Program-made: the position numbers and the translations under genes | Shown: one piece after another, positions 23,937 to 24,000 of the stretch | How the letters are laid out: each line of letters starts with the position of its first letter | Position numbering within the stretch: the stretch's first letter is position 1 | From: Bacteroidota bacterium | GTDB lineage: Bacteria > Bacteroidota > Ignavibacteria > Ignavibacteriales > Ignavibacteriaceae | Length of the DNA stretch: 24,000 nucleotides | Reading direction: 5' to 3' | NCBI GenBank assembly: GCA_022562275.1 | Contig: JADFPP010000020.1 | Coordinates: 15,770-39,769, forward strand | The notes under the pieces: generated by a model | Told to the model about the DNA's origin: nothing | Database searches by the model: none | Seen by the model: the letters and a program-made list of their open reading frames with translations, nothing else

Positions 23937-24000
23937 AATTAACTCACTGTGCATTGTACCTGCCAACGAGTGTTAATATTGGCAAGTATTTCAAAATGAA

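Noticed and set aside
1-24000. CRISPR arrays, tRNA/rRNA genes, retrons, complete transposases
   Set aside because: No regularly spaced direct repeats, no recognisable tRNA or rRNA segments, and no transposase, integrase or reverse transcriptase motifs were seen in the supplied ORFs.

Overview
The window looks like a chromosomal segment from a Bacteroidota/Ignavibacteria-type bacterium (lineage inferred from gene style only). Left part (1-9607, + strand): a near-complete reductive pyrimidine (uracil) catabolism cluster. It encodes methylmalonate/malonate-semialdehyde dehydrogenase (cut by the window start), beta-ureidopropionase, a class III aminotransferase, PreT, PreA, dihydropyrimidinase and an NCS1 permease. 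An FCY1-like cytosine deaminase and a ferredoxin lie at the far right. Middle and right: an accessory, defence/toxin-antitoxin-like region. It contains a small HEPN protein next to a KAP-family P-loop NTPase, an overlapping antitoxin/nucleotidyltransferase pair, two MntA-HepT modules, a decayed HigBA pair, an RraB-like protein and a 2055-aa alpha-2-macroglobulin (A2M) with a CSEQ thioester-type motif. The most unusual signals are: (i) two truncated copies of the 3' end of the A2M gene, in the same orientation, both carrying the same 17-nt insertion absent from the intact gene and each separating different + strand toxin-like modules, which suggests a gene-3'-end insertion/duplication hotspot; (ii) a HEPN + KAP-NTPase candidate defence pair; (iii) REP/REPIN-like hairpins around hydA; (iv) two palindromic repeats read in frame inside the A2M coding sequence.
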